From Pelagomonas calceolata (taxonomy: Eukaryota), in NCBI GenBank assembly GCA_918797485.1, contig CAKKNE010000003.1, positions 4,712,001-4,776,000 of the forward strand: 64,000 bases of DNA, read 5' to 3'. Positions 21,082 to 31,828 of this stretch are shown in pieces; within the stretch, counting starts at the first letter, position 1; every line of letters begins with the position of its first letter. The translations under genes were made by a program, and so were the position numbers. Below the pieces are notes generated by a model. It saw nothing but the letters and a program-made list of their open reading frames with translations. It was not told where the DNA came from and did no database searches.

Positions 21082-21513
21082 CTACGCAAGCTTACGCTGC
21101 ACGGGCAGCAGCTCCTTCGGGAAGTATCCTCCCCAGCCTCTCCCGGAAGGGGTCGAGACGGGATCAAGCAGGTTCTCCATCGCGTCGGAGACGTGCTGCT
21201 GGATCGCGACGAGCGCGGACGGGTCCAGGTCGGCCGTCGTCGACCTGGGCGACGACATGCCGGGCACGGACACGGTGTCGCCGCGCCACGCGGACGCGTT
21301 GTTTTCGTCGACGCGGTGGAGGCCCCAGCGCGCCTGCACCTGGGCGCGGCCGTCAAAGACACATAAGTGCGCGTGGCCCATGAGCCGCGCGAGGTAGTAG
21401 TAGTCGTACTGGTGCGTCTCCGGCGCCGGGAAGATCTCGACGACCCAGCGCCGCGGATGCATCCAGAGCTGGTGCGTGAGGCCGTTGCCGTGGACGCCGA
21501 CGAGCACGTCCGT
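21082..21513 (-). pseudogene. C-terminal fragment of a GT61-family glycosyltransferase, 5'-truncated
   Basis: DVLVGVHGNGLTHQLWMHPRRWVVEIFP is the GT61 signature; GC-rich coding sequence stops abruptly at AT-rich repeat DNA at about 21514; no start codon or upstream exon seen. Confidence 0.7.
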
Positions 21514-21596
21514 TTAAGTTAACCGAAGTCTATCAGACAGTTCATTTGAAGGAGTTTACGGACTTTCCGAAAAAGGACGAGAAGGATCCAACGAAG

Positions 21597-21942
21597 GTAT
21601 TTACGGATATTCATTTCAAGAAGAAATCTGTTGCACATGAAGCCTATCACTTGTCACATGGATTTTGCCAGTGAATAGTAGACTGAGTTGATACATTCTC
21701 TAGTAGAAAGGCATCTAATGGACGCTCGCGCCCAGGGGGAGTAGAGAGAGAAACCTACTAGCCCTTCCTACCTTAGATATGTATCTCCCACTCTCTAATA
21801 TTTGAGTCTATACATCGAGTGTCAAAAGCACTACGGCGTAACAACAGTTCACTATAAAACACTCTCGTAGTCAGGTTGGCCCAGCCCTCGGCTGGTGAGC
21901 TAGGACCCTGCTACTTTACATAACGCTGCGACATACTCTTGC
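21597..21942. mobile_element. One arm of the long-TIR MITE/DNA transposon family (copy A)
   Basis: Near-identical in reverse complement to 29048-29388; shares the terminus ...TAACGCTGCGACATACTCTTGC with 46940-47155. Confidence 0.85.
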
Positions 21943-22065
21943 TAGCTGGTCCATATTATTATCATAATAAGCAGATTACTGGTATTAATACCGCCGTATA
22001 CCTACGGTACCTCTAGCTTGGCAGCAGGAAGGACACTACCGCAGTACGAGCGCGTAGTACATGAG

Positions 22066-23436
22066 ATGTGGTGCGTGACAGTGACAATATGGGTGTGGCT
22101 GGTACGCCCGGCCGCGCCGCTGCTGTGTAAACGCACGCTGCGCCGCGCCGCGCCAAAAGCGGCACCGACCGACCACGCGTTCGCGTCGCGCAAGAGCTGG
22201 GAGGACCTCGGGGCGCCGCGCGAAGCGGTCCGAGCCGTCGCCCGCCGCGGCTTTCCGGCACCGACGCGCTGCCAAGCGCTGGCGTACGGCGCTATTGCCG
22301 GAGGCCGCGACGCGCTCGTCGCCGACCAGACCGGTTCCGGAAAAACGCTCGCGTACCTCCTGCCACTGGTGAGTCGCCTCCGCGCGGCCGAGGAGCGGTC
22401 GCCCGAGCGCCCTTCGCCCGCGCCGAGGCCGCGCGGCGCCTGCGCGCCGCGCGCCGTGGTCGTTGCGCCGACGGCGGAGCTCGCGGCGCAGATCGGCGGC
22501 GTCGCGCGTGAGCTGAGTGACGGGGGGCTCCGGTGCCGCGTCCGCGTCGCGACGGCGGCCCGGGCCGCGGCGCGCGACGCCGCGACGTTGAGGGGGGCGT
22601 GCGACGTGCTCGTCATTACGCCCGGGCGGCTGGAGCGATTACTAGGCGACGGGACCGTCTCCCTTCGCGCCGCGACGGACGTCGTGCTAGACGAGGTCGA
22701 CGGGCTCGCCCTCGCGGACGGCGGGGCCGCGCTCGCGCCCCTGCGAGACTTGGAGGCGCGCTTCGTTTTTGTCACCGCCACTCTGCCGCGGACGCTGGAG
22801 AAGACGCTCCGCGCCGAATTTCCGGGACTGGAGGTCCTCAAGGGCCCGGGCCTCCACCGCGCGCCGCCGGGCCTCGACGTCCGACTGGTAGACTGCACGC
22901 CCGACGCTTCCGGTGAATCGCCGGACCCGACGTTTTCCCGCAAGGCGCGCGCGCTCCTGACGGCCCTCGGCGCGGGCGCCCCGGCGCGCGCCCTGGTCTT
23001 CTGCAACACGATAGAGGGCTGCCGCCGCGCCGAGAACGCGCTCCGGCGGGCCGACCGCCGCGGCCGCGCGCGGCGCGTCCTCGCGTTCCACTCGGCGCTG
23101 GCGCCCGACAAGCGGCGGGCCGCCGAGGACCTCTTTCGGGGCGCGTCGCGGGACGCGCCCGTCGTGTTGGTGTGCACGGACCGCGCGGCGCGCGGCGCGG
23201 ACTTTGGGGGCGAAGCCGTGGACGTCGTCGTCCTCTTCGACTGGCCGCGCGACCCGAACGAGTTCCTGCGGCGCGTCGGCCGCGCGGCGCGCGGCGGCCG
23301 CGCGGGCGCCGCCGTCGTCCTGGCCGCCGGCGCGACCTTGCCGCTCGCGCGGCGCGTCGTCGCCGACGCGCGGCGCGGCGCCGACGTCGCCTTCGCGGGC
23401 GACGACGATTTCTGGGAGAGCGCCGACGACGGGTAA
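22066..23436 (+). CDS. DEAD-box RNA helicase (RH50/RH39-like, possibly organellar)
   Basis: ADQTGSGKTLAYLLP, APTAELAAQ, TPGRL, DEVD, TAT, FCNT, TDRAARGADF, RRVGRAAR; hydrophobic N-terminus. Confidence 0.9.
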   Translation: MWCVTVTIWVWLVRPAAPLLCKRTLRRAAPKAAPTDHAFASRKSWEDLGAPREAVRAVARRGFPAPTRCQALAYGAIAGGRDALVADQTGSGKTLAYLLPLVSRLRAAEERSPERPSPAPRPRGACAPRAVVVAPTAELAAQIGGVARELSDGGLRCRVRVATAARAAARDAATLRGACDVLVITPGRLERLLGDGTVSLRAATDVVLDEVDGLALADGGAALAPLRDLEARFVFVTATLPRTLEKTLRAEFPGLEVLKGPGLHRAPPGLDVRLVDCTPDASGESPDPTFSRKARALLTALGAGAPARALVFCNTIEGCRRAENALRRADRRGRARRVLAFHSALAPDKRRAAEDLFRGASRDAPVVLVCTDRAARGADFGGEAVDVVVLFDWPRDPNEFLRRVGRAARGGRAGAAVVLAAGATLPLARRVVADARRGADVAFAGDDDFWESADDG

Positions 23437-23577
23437 CTCGCGTCCCCGCCGGGGTTTGTTCGCGTGTCAAGAAAACAAACAAATCGGACGACCGGGCGGG
23501 GCGGTCCGCCGTCTGGCGCTGCCGAGGAATCCTGGCAGGCTCCATGCCGGAGTGTGTCGGGTTTTTTATCTTAGTCG

Positions 23578-24030
23578 GCTTATCTGAAGCGGAGATGCCC
23601 ATTAGGAAATTTACGTGAGGGACGTCGGCTCAAAACGAAACTCCGTCTGGGTTGCCACCCGCTTCGATCCTCGGCCGCTCGAATGTCGATCACGCGCAAT
23701 GCTACATGTCCTTGTTGTGGTCACGGCTCCGAGACGATTATGCATTCAATTTTTGAGTGTCCGAAATTGGACGACATCAGAGGAGTTTTTCTCCAGAAAT
23801 TAGAAACGATCTTACCCGAGACGCGCAACATGACGAACGCGGATTGCTTGGCTTTGTTGATGGGAGATGACCCGCCTCAGGAGATTGAGAATTTGCTCTA
23901 CCGTTTTTTGTCGTCTCTTTTTAGGCGCCGGCTGGGTATCCTAGCCGCGCAGGGAGAAGGCCTCTAGAGGCTTGGTGTATGTCCTTTTCTTTAGGATATG
24001 CCTTCCTTCCTTGATTAATAATAATTATTA
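23578..24030 (+). mobile_element. 5'-truncated non-LTR retrotransposon (LINE) 3' end, copy 1
   Basis: Frame reads LREGRRLKTKLRLGCHPLRSS...CPCCGHGSETIMHSIFECP (RT C-terminal zinc knuckle), stop at 23967, AT-rich tail; homologous to 27080-27590 and 31829-32135. Confidence 0.8.
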
Positions 24031-24179
24031 GTACATACTAAGTACATGTATATGGAGGTAAGTACCGTAGGTACCTACCTACGGTACGGTACCGTAGGTA
24101 CCTACGGTACCGTACTGCGGTAGGTAGTGCGGCACCTGCTGCGGTAAGCACCCACCAGCCGCCAACGAGCGAGTGCGGG

Positions 24180-25859
24180 ATGCGTCGCGCGTGCCTGCCG
24201 CTGCTCCTCCTCTCTTTTGGCACGTGTGCACCGGAGCAGGACCGCGAAGCGTACGTCCGCGCGCGCAAGGACGGCGGCTGGGATGCGCACTGCGACGCCG
24301 CGTACGCCCGGCTGACGGGCGCGGCGTTCAGCGGCCTGGACGCCGGCGTCGCGCGACGCGGCCGCGGCGTCGTCTTCTCCGCGGCGGGCGGCGCCGAGTT
24401 CGCGCGGCGCGAGGTCGCGCCCGCCGCGGCGGCGGTCGCGAAGCTACGGGAGAGCGCCGCGTGGCCCGGTGACGCGCGGGTGGCGCTCTTCGCGGAACCA
24501 GCGGTGCTCCGGGCGCTCGCCGCGGAGGCCCGGGGCGCGTTCGATGTCGTCCAAAGGCACGACGCCGCGGCCGTTGGTTTGGAGCTGCGCGGCCGGAGTC
24601 CCGCGTTCCGCGCCAAGGCGCTGAAGATCCTGGCGATGGCGCGCGCGCCGTTCGAGGAGACGGTATACTTGGACTTCGACTCCAAGCCCTGCGCGCCGAA
24701 TTTCGTCGAGACAATCCTCGCGTTTTTGCGAGACGGGGTGGACGTCGCGCTAGCGGACAACTACGCCGGACAGGGCGCGCTGGCCCCGAGAGACCACTAC
24801 CAGCGGGAGCACGCGTCCGGCTGCGTCGCGCTGCGGTCGGCGTCGGAGCGGACGCGCTCCCTGCTCGCCGCGTACCTCGAGGCCTTCCTCCTGCTCGAAA
24901 AGACGCCGCGCGGCCGGCGCGACCAGCCCGCGCTCATGGTCGCGCTCCGGCGGTCTGTCGAGAACGGACTCCGCGACGCGCCGATCCCCCCCTCCGTCTT
25001 CTGCCGCAAGAACACGTCGCGCACGGTGAGCTGCGACGCGTGCGTCGTGGCGCACAAGACGGCCAAGTACGACCTCTCGTTCAAAATCTTTGGCATCGGC
25101 TTCAAGAAGACGGGCACGACGTCGCTGGCCGCCGCGCTGCAGCGCCTGAAGATCGGCCCCGAGCCCAGCCATCGGCAGTCGGTCGCCGCGACCGTGGCGC
25201 TGCTCCGCCCGGGCGAGGACGCGTCGCTGGCGCTGGACGCGGCCCGGGGCGCCCGCTCTTTTTCCGACGCGCCCTGGTGCATGGCGGCGACGCGGGGGCG
25301 TCTGCTCGAACGGCTCTTCGACACGTACCCGCGCGCGAAATTCGTCCTGACGACGCGGCCCTCCCGGGAGTGGTGGCGGAGCGTGCGGAACTGGCTCTTT
25401 TGCTTGAAACCGTGGAACGCGGAGCGCTACGCGCGCATGCTGAACGCCGCGTCGGCGTCGGAAGCGGATCTCGTCGCGGCGTACGAGCGCGCGAACGCCA
25501 AGGTCCGCGCGTTCTTCGCCGAGCGCGGGGCCGGGGACCGGCTGCTGGAGCTGGAGCTGTCGTCCGCGACCGGCCGGGCGTTCCCCTGGGCCCGGCTCTG
25601 CGCGTTCGTCGAGGCCTGGGGCCGCTGCCCGGCGGGCGACGAGGTCGGAAGGACGTACGCGAAGAACGCCTACGAGACGAACGAGTTCGGCGCGAAGCAC
25701 CCGTCCGAGGCGCTTGGCGCCGAAGACCTGCGGCGGTGCGCCGCGCTCCAGGGGAGTCCGGACGGCGCCGCCCTGCGGCGGCGCGCGGAGCGGCTCGCGG
25801 AGGCGAGTCCGCTCGCCGCGCGGCGGCGGGAGCGCGACGCCGCGTCGCTGCCGGAGTAG
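24180..25859 (+). CDS. Secretory-pathway glycosyltransferase-like / sulfotransferase fusion
   Basis: Signal peptide; APFEETVYLDFD and RDQPAL (GT-A); KIFGIGFKKTGTTSLAAAL, YPRAKFVLTTR...WWRS, WARLCAF (sulfotransferase). Confidence 0.75.
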   Translation: MRRACLPLLLLSFGTCAPEQDREAYVRARKDGGWDAHCDAAYARLTGAAFSGLDAGVARRGRGVVFSAAGGAEFARREVAPAAAAVAKLRESAAWPGDARVALFAEPAVLRALAAEARGAFDVVQRHDAAAVGLELRGRSPAFRAKALKILAMARAPFEETVYLDFDSKPCAPNFVETILAFLRDGVDVALADNYAGQGALAPRDHYQREHASGCVALRSASERTRSLLAAYLEAFLLLEKTPRGRRDQPALMVALRRSVENGLRDAPIPPSVFCRKNTSRTVSCDACVVAHKTAKYDLSFKIFGIGFKKTGTTSLAAALQRLKIGPEPSHRQSVAATVALLRPGEDASLALDAARGARSFSDAPWCMAATRGRLLERLFDTYPRAKFVLTTRPSREWWRSVRNWLFCLKPWNAERYARMLNAASASEADLVAAYERANAKVRAFFAERGAGDRLLELELSSATGRAFPWARLCAFVEAWGRCPAGDEVGRTYAKNAYETNEFGAKHPSEALGAEDLRRCAALQGSPDGAALRRRAERLAEASPLAARRRERDAASLPE

Positions 25860-26443
25860 GTTTGCGTCTGCTTAGCGCGACTACTTGGTCCCCCCTCCCA
25901 CGGGGGCCGACGCCATCTCGCAGTTCGAGCAAAACGGGTGGTTCGCCTCGGTTCGACCCCGCGCGCGTCTGCCGCGAACCACATGCACTCTTCGAGAGAC
26001 GAGGGCGGGTCTTCTAGTCTCTATTCTAGTCGATTTAATGGCAGCCAAAACGGGTTTTCCGAAGGGTGCTGGCCGTCCTGGGCTAGCTGATGGTCCTTCC
26101 TTACCGTCACGGTGACTGACACTAGTGATGCAAGTGGCAACCTTTTACAACCCCCCCCCCCCCATTTCGACCCACCCCCCGCCGGACGGTCATGACCCGA
26201 TGCCGGGCCCGAACTCCTAGAGGTCTGGTCCTAGTGCATACCCATCCCCAAGGCCCCCAAACCCCCTCAAGCTCTTACCCTTACTGTACTGGTACAAGCT
26301 CGTACCGCAGTAGCCCTCTCCTATGCGCCGTATATGTTTAGTTGCAGCTTGAGTTGCTTCATAAGCTGCCAGGGTACTTGTCGAGCCTTGACCTCGGCTT
26401 TTTGTGTCTTTTGCTTTTTTTGGTAGGCGCATCTCGAGTAAAA

Positions 26444-27082
26444 ATGGCCGCCTGGGCCACACCCAAGAAGGCACCAAAGCCGCAGATGCGGGCCATCATC
26501 GCGGAGGAGCGCGAGGTCGCGGGCGACGACGAGCTACGCGAGGCGCTGGCTGCCTCTCGACGCGAAGCGGACCAACTAGCAGCGCGCATCGTCGACGCGG
26601 AGACGGCCGAACCGGCGGGCGGCCCCGCGGCCGACGCGTCGCTCGCGCTCGCGCTCGCGCTCCAGGACGAGGAGGAGCGCGGCGCGGCCGCGCGAGAGAG
26701 CGCGCGAATCGCGGCCGCCATAAGGGCTGCGCGGCGCCACGAAAAGGTCCGCGTCGGCCGCGTGCCCGAGGGGCTGGACGCGCCGTGGTCGACGTCGCCG
26801 CCGGAGGACACCGACGTCGACGACGTCGCAGCGGCGCTCGCCGCCGAGGGCGTCTCCACGCGCGGCGTGCTGGGCGGCGACATCGTCGGCCGGCGGGCGG
26901 ACGGCTCGCTCGTCAGCAAGCATGATATTTTGCTGGACGGCCGTCTTAAGGCATCGCTCCTGTCGGCGAGGGTCGCTGGCGCCGGGGACCTGTCTGACCA
27001 GCGCGTTCCGGCGCGTGCGTACCACGACCTCGTCGCCTTTCAGCACCGGCAGGAGTCGAGGGGTGATCGGGGGGGATCCTAA
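26444..27082 (+). CDS. Protein resembling the RIOK3 N-terminal region, with no kinase domain
   Basis: AW...MRAIIAEE, DASLALALALQDEE, LVSKHDILLDGRLKA...GDLSDQRVPARAYHDL resemble the RIO3 pre-kinase segment; UIM-like DDELREALAAS. Confidence 0.55.
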   Translation: MAAWATPKKAPKPQMRAIIAEEREVAGDDELREALAASRREADQLAARIVDAETAEPAGGPAADASLALALALQDEEERGAAARESARIAAAIRAARRHEKVRVGRVPEGLDAPWSTSPPEDTDVDDVAAALAAEGVSTRGVLGGDIVGRRADGSLVSKHDILLDGRLKASLLSARVAGAGDLSDQRVPARAYHDLVAFQHRQESRGDRGGS

Positions 27083-27590
27083 ATAAATAAATAAATAAAT
27101 AAATAAATTAAGGAAGACCTAAAAAAAAAGGAACAAGCTCCTAGGAGCCTTCTCCCTGCTCGGTCAGGATGCCCAACCGGAGCCTCGAAATAGCAATAAG
27201 GTATCTATACAACGGAATTTCAATCTCCCGGGGTAACTCGTCCCCCATGACCAAGCGACATCGGCCCTCATCGGTCAATCGCCGTGCCGGGGGGCAAACC
27301 GAGTATAATCTCGCAAGAAATGCCTGCCGTTCTTCCTCAAAGGCCTCGCATTCAAACAACGTGTGTTGGATTGTTTCCGACTCGCGAGATTCACAACAAG
27401 GGCATTGCGCGTTACGAACAAGCTGCGTTCGGCTGCTCGAACTCCGGAGGTCGTGACAACCCAATCGGAACTTCGTCTTCAATCTCCGCCCTTCCCGAAG
27501 AGACCCGGGGCACGCTCTGGGGCGATTTCGCTGCGGATTTCCGCTGTATGGCCGCCGCTGTGGGGCAGCTTGGGTTTTGACGGGGCTGCG
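27080..27590 (-). mobile_element. 5'-truncated LINE 3' end with (TTTA)n tail, copy 2
   Basis: ORF 27141-27482 KTKFRLGCHDLRSS...CPCCESRESETIQHTLFEC; (TAAA)n run at about 27080-27108. Confidence 0.85.
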
Positions 27591-27707
27591 GGCAGCCCGG
27601 GTGCGTTTGGCGACGCGAAACGGTCGCTAGTGATAGATTGTTGTAATCATTGAACTTTAATTTATAATGCATTTTGTCGTGCTTTTCGTGGACGCAGACC
27701 AAGCACG

Positions 27708-28964
27708 TTAGATCGCGGTGCCCCGCTCGAGGTCCTGGCGGATCTCGACCGTGTACTTGTCGAAGGCGCGCTTGAGCTTCTTGTTGAAGTGCGCGTTGCG
27801 GTCGTTGATCGCGTCGACGTCGGCGCCGGGGACCTCGGGGCGCCGCCGCGAGAACTTGGAGCGCTGCTGCGCGCGGCCCTCGAGCTCTTTGGCCATGCGC
27901 CGCACCGCGCGCGGGTCGTCGACGCGCGCGCCGCCGTACGCGAGGGGGTCCTCCGCCTCCCGCGCGTCGTCGTCGGCGCCGCCCGCGGGCAGGCTCGCGA
28001 CGCGCTTCTCGTAGGCCTTGTGCTTCGAGTCATCGTTGAAGACGTCCCAGCCGAACGCGGCGCGGCGGCGCTCCTTCTTCTTCTTCGCGTCGTCGCGGCG
28101 GCCCGCCGTCTCGGCCGAGTCGAGCACGTAGGCGCGTTCCGCGGGCACGCCGCGCTTCGCGAGCTCCGCCTTGCGCGCCTCGTCGCGCGCGTCGCGCTCC
28201 CGCCGGCGCGCCTTCGCGCCGTCGCCGTCCTCGCGGAGGCGGCGGCGCTCGACGGTCGCGGCCTGCGCGTTGTCGCGTCGGCCCGCGCGCATCTTCCTCC
28301 GCAGCGCCTTGAGCCGCTTGGCGGCGTCCGACGCGTCGGCGTCAGGCTCGTCGGACTCGTCGGACTCGTCGCGCGGGTCCGTCGCGGCCTCGGGCTCGGG
28401 CTCGGGCTCGGCGGCGGCCTCGGCGGCGGGCCCGGGCTCGGCGGCGGCGGCCCCGGCGGCCGCCGCGCCGCACGCGACGATTCGGACGGCCGCGACCGGC
28501 GCGTCGCTCGCGTCGACGGCGACGCGCGCGATGGCGTCGACGACGTCGCCGCCGGCCGCGACGCGGCCGAAGACGACGTGCTTCCCGTCCAGGTGGGGCG
28601 TCGCCCGCAGCGTCACGAAGAACTGCGAGCCGTTGGTGTCGGGCCCCGCGTTCGCCATCGACAGCACGTGCGCAGCGTCGTGCTTGTGGGGGAAGCCCTC
28701 GTCGGCGAATTTCTCGCCGTAGACGGACTCGCCGCCCGTGCCGTCGCCCCTCGTGAAGTCGCCGCCCTGGATCATGAAGTTCCGGATGACGCGGTGGAAG
28801 GTCGAGCCCGCGTACGTCAGGCGCGCGCCGCGGTCCCCCGCGCAGAGCGCGCGGAAATTCTCGCAGGTGCGCGGCAACACGTCCGAGTACAACTCGAAGG
28901 TGATGCGCTGCGCGGGACGCCCGCCGATGGCCACGTCGAGCCAGGCCCGGGCGCGCTGCGACAT
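27708..28964 (-). CDS. Cyclophilin-type PPIase fused to a SYF2 splicing-factor domain
   Basis: [41 protein letters not shown]-terminal [32 protein letters not shown] matches SYF2. Confidence 0.92.
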   Translation of the reverse strand: MSQRARAWLDVAIGGRPAQRITFELYSDVLPRTCENFRALCAGDRGARLTYAGSTFHRVIRNFMIQGGDFTRGDGTGGESVYGEKFADEGFPHKHDAAHVLSMANAGPDTNGSQFFVTLRATPHLDGKHVVFGRVAAGGDVVDAIARVAVDASDAPVAAVRIVACGAAAAGAAAAEPGPAAEAAAEPEPEPEAATDPRDESDESDEPDADASDAAKRLKALRRKMRAGRRDNAQAATVERRRLREDGDGAKARRRERDARDEARKAELAKRGVPAERAYVLDSAETAGRRDDAKKKKERRRAAFGWDVFNDDSKHKAYEKRVASLPAGGADDDAREAEDPLAYGGARVDDPRAVRRMAKELEGRAQQRSKFSRRRPEVPGADVDAINDRNAHFNKKLKRAFDKYTVEIRQDLERGTAI

Positions 28965-29047
28965 CGTGCACCCCGCGGCTCACCTACCATACCTACCTTA
29001 GTCTAAGTACGGTACTGCGGTAGGCCTACAACCTGGTACCAGTACTT

Positions 29048-29550
29048 GCAAGAGTATGTCGCAGCGTTATGTAAGTAGCAGGGTCCTAGCTAACCAGCTT
29101 AGAGCTGATAGGCCTGACTGCGAGAGTGTTTTATAGTGAACTGTTGTTACACCGTAGTGCTTTTGACACTCGATGTATAGACTCAAATATTAGAGAGTAG
29201 GAGATACATATCTAGGGTAGGAAGGGCTAGTAGGTTTCTCTCTCTACTCCCCCTGGGCGCGAGCGTCCACTAGATGCGCTTCCACTATAGGATGTATCAA
29301 CTCAGTCTATTCACAGGCAAAGTCCATGTGACAAGTGATAGGCTTCATAAGCAACAGACTTCTTCTCGAAATGAATATCCGTAAATACTGTTGTTAACCA
29401 GCTTAGAGCTGATAGGCCTGACTGCGAGAGTGTTTTATAGTGAACTGTTGTTACACCGTAGTGCTTTTGACACTCGATGTATAGACTCAAATATTAGAGA
29501 GTAGGAGATACATATCTAGGGTAGGAAGGGCTAGTAGGTTTCTCTCTCTA
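29048..29550. mobile_element. Arm of the long-TIR MITE family (copy B) with an internal duplication
   Basis: Begins GCAAGAGTATGTCGCAGCGTTATGT; about 29091-29246 is repeated at about 29395-29550. Confidence 0.85.
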
Positions 29551-29677
29551 AGTACCACGGTACCGTAGGTACCAGGTACCGCGGTACCGCAGTACTGGTA
29601 GGAGGTCGTACAAAAGAGGAGACGCTGGCCCTGCGTAGGGAGCTGGCTTGGATCACCGACCACCTGCATCCGCGTCT

Positions 29678-31363
29678 ATGCCCGACGCCGAGCTCGACGC
29701 CGCGCCGCGAGACCCGACGCAGATGCTGGACGCCTTCCTCGTGGCCGCCGTCAGGCCGCCGCTGCGGCGCCTCGGTCCGCCGGCCGGGCGCGTGGTGGGC
29801 CTCTTCGTCGGCCTCGTGGCCGCCACGACGTCGCTCGCCTACGTCGGCGCGCACGCCGCGGACGCGCACACGCCGGCGCAGCTCGCCGTCGGCGTCTTGG
29901 GCGTCGTCGTCGTCGCGGCGTGGGCCGCGCTCGAGTGCGCGGCGCTCGCCGCGCCGTACGCGCCCGTGGCGACGGCGGACGCCGAGAGCGGCGCCAAGGC
30001 CGAGCCGGCGCCGGCGCCCGGCGACGCGCTCGCGCCGTGGCGCGCGGGCGCCGAGTTCGCCGTCTGGATGCTGTTCATCTACGCGTGCGATCGGACGGAC
30101 CTCGTGGCGAGGGGCGAGAAGCACACGTCTCAGAAGTCGTTCTGGTGCCTGTGGGGCCTGATCTGCCTGGCGGCCGCGTGCACCGTGCGGAGCTGTCGCG
30201 CGCCGCGCGTGCTCGCGCGCGAGCAGACGGAGGAGTGGAAGGGCTGGATGCAGCTCATGTTCCTGCTGTACCACTACTTCGCCCAGGCCCAGCTCTACAA
30301 CGCCATCCGCGTGTACATCGCGGCGTACGTGTGGATGACCGGCTACGGCAATTTTCTCTACTACCAGAAGACGGGCAACTTCGGGGCCGTGCGCGTGTGC
30401 CAGACGCTGTTCCGGCTCAACTTCTTCGTCGTCGTCGTGTGCGTCGCCCTGCGCAACGAATACATGCTGTACTACATCGCGCCCATGCACACGCTCTTCA
30501 CGCTCTTCGTCTGGCTCGCGCTCCGGATCGGCAGGGCCCGCAACGACGACGCGCGGGTCCTCGTCGTGAAGGTCGTCTCGACCCTATTGCTCACGGCGCT
30601 GCTCTACGACGTCGAGGCGGTCTTTAGGTTCGCGTTCGGCTGGCAGCCGATGCGCGCCCTGGTCGCGTTCCACGACCCGCTCCACCCGGAGTTCACGGAC
30701 GAGCTGCACGAGTGGCGGTTCCGCTCGGGGCTCGACCGGTACGTGTGGGTTTTCGGCATGGCCTGCGCCGCGCTCTTTCCGGTCCTCTCGAAAGCCCTGG
30801 CGCGCGTCGACGCCGCCGAGGCGGCCGCGCGCCGCGCGATCCGCGGCGCCGTCGTCGCGGCGCTGCTCGGCGCGATCTACGTCTACCACGACGCGGTCTT
30901 CTCGCTGGACAAGTACGCGTACAACGGCTACCACCCCTACACCTCGTGGCTGCCCATACTCGTTTACATCCTCCTGCGGAACCTCACGCCCGCGCTCCGC
31001 GCCAGGTACGTCCACCTCTTCACCTTTTTAGGGCAAGTGACGCTCGAGACGTACATCCTCCAGTTCCACGTCTGGATGAAGACCACGGGACTCAACGGGT
31101 CGCCCAAGTTTCTGCTCGTCCTGATCGAGGGCCACTTCTGGCTCAACTTCGCCGTCGTGTCGGCGGCGTACTTCCTCGTCTCGGTCCGCGTCTTCCGCCT
31201 CACGTGCGCGCTCCGGGACGCCCTGGTGCCGGACGACGCGCGGGACCTGCCCCGGGCGCTCGCGGTGCTCGGCGGCGTCGTCGCGGCGCTCGCCGCCGCC
31301 GGCCACGGGCTGCGAGCGGCGCTGCCCGCGCCGCTCGCCGCGGCGGCGGCGGTGGGGGAGTGA
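29678..31363 (+). CDS. Cas1p/CASD1/RWA-family multi-pass O-acetyltransferase
   Basis: REQTEEWKGWMQLMFLLYHYF, YNAIRVYIAAYVWMTGYGNF, YMLYYIAPMHT, EWRFRSGLDRY, LGQVTLETYILQFH. Confidence 0.95.
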   Translation: MPDAELDAAPRDPTQMLDAFLVAAVRPPLRRLGPPAGRVVGLFVGLVAATTSLAYVGAHAADAHTPAQLAVGVLGVVVVAAWAALECAALAAPYAPVATADAESGAKAEPAPAPGDALAPWRAGAEFAVWMLFIYACDRTDLVARGEKHTSQKSFWCLWGLICLAAACTVRSCRAPRVLAREQTEEWKGWMQLMFLLYHYFAQAQLYNAIRVYIAAYVWMTGYGNFLYYQKTGNFGAVRVCQTLFRLNFFVVVVCVALRNEYMLYYIAPMHTLFTLFVWLALRIGRARNDDARVLVVKVVSTLLLTALLYDVEAVFRFAFGWQPMRALVAFHDPLHPEFTDELHEWRFRSGLDRYVWVFGMACAALFPVLSKALARVDAAEAAARRAIRGAVVAALLGAIYVYHDAVFSLDKYAYNGYHPYTSWLPILVYILLRNLTPALRARYVHLFTFLGQVTLETYILQFHVWMKTTGLNGSPKFLLVLIEGHFWLNFAVVSAAYFLVSVRVFRLTCALRDALVPDDARDLPRALAVLGGVVAALAAAGHGLRAALPAPLAAAAAVGE

Positions 31364-31828
31364 AATTATGCGCCGACTCCGATGGGGGGGTCCATGGATC
31401 CAATATAGTATAATAAGAATAATAATGGCACGAGCTCGGAATCATGTCTCAGAAGGTGCGCGCCGAGGCGCGGCCTTGAAGTTCAGACATAACATCCTGT
31501 CGTTGGATCCCCAGGACTTTCTCGTGCGACCGTGACGAGTGTAAGCGGAATTGCCCGTTAGGAAGTTTACGTGACAGGCTAGTAGTACTTCAGGAGTCGC
31601 ACTTCTAGTCACGGTATCAGAAATCGAGGACAGAGGAGGCAGTGAAGTGAACTTACTTTAGTCCAGGTGCCTGTGTCGATGACAAAGGATGCCACCATCG
31701 ACAAAAAACAAGTGGTCCCTCCCATGGATAGTTCTGGGATCAGATAGGACAGTTTGGCAAAATTTGTCTGTTTTCTGGGCCTCACTGGCAGTGGCATGAT
31801 ACTAGTAAGGAAGACCAAAAAATAACTC

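Noticed and set aside
29678..31363. CRISPR Cas1
   Set aside because: Name coincidence only: this is the Cas1p (capsule synthesis) acetyltransferase family
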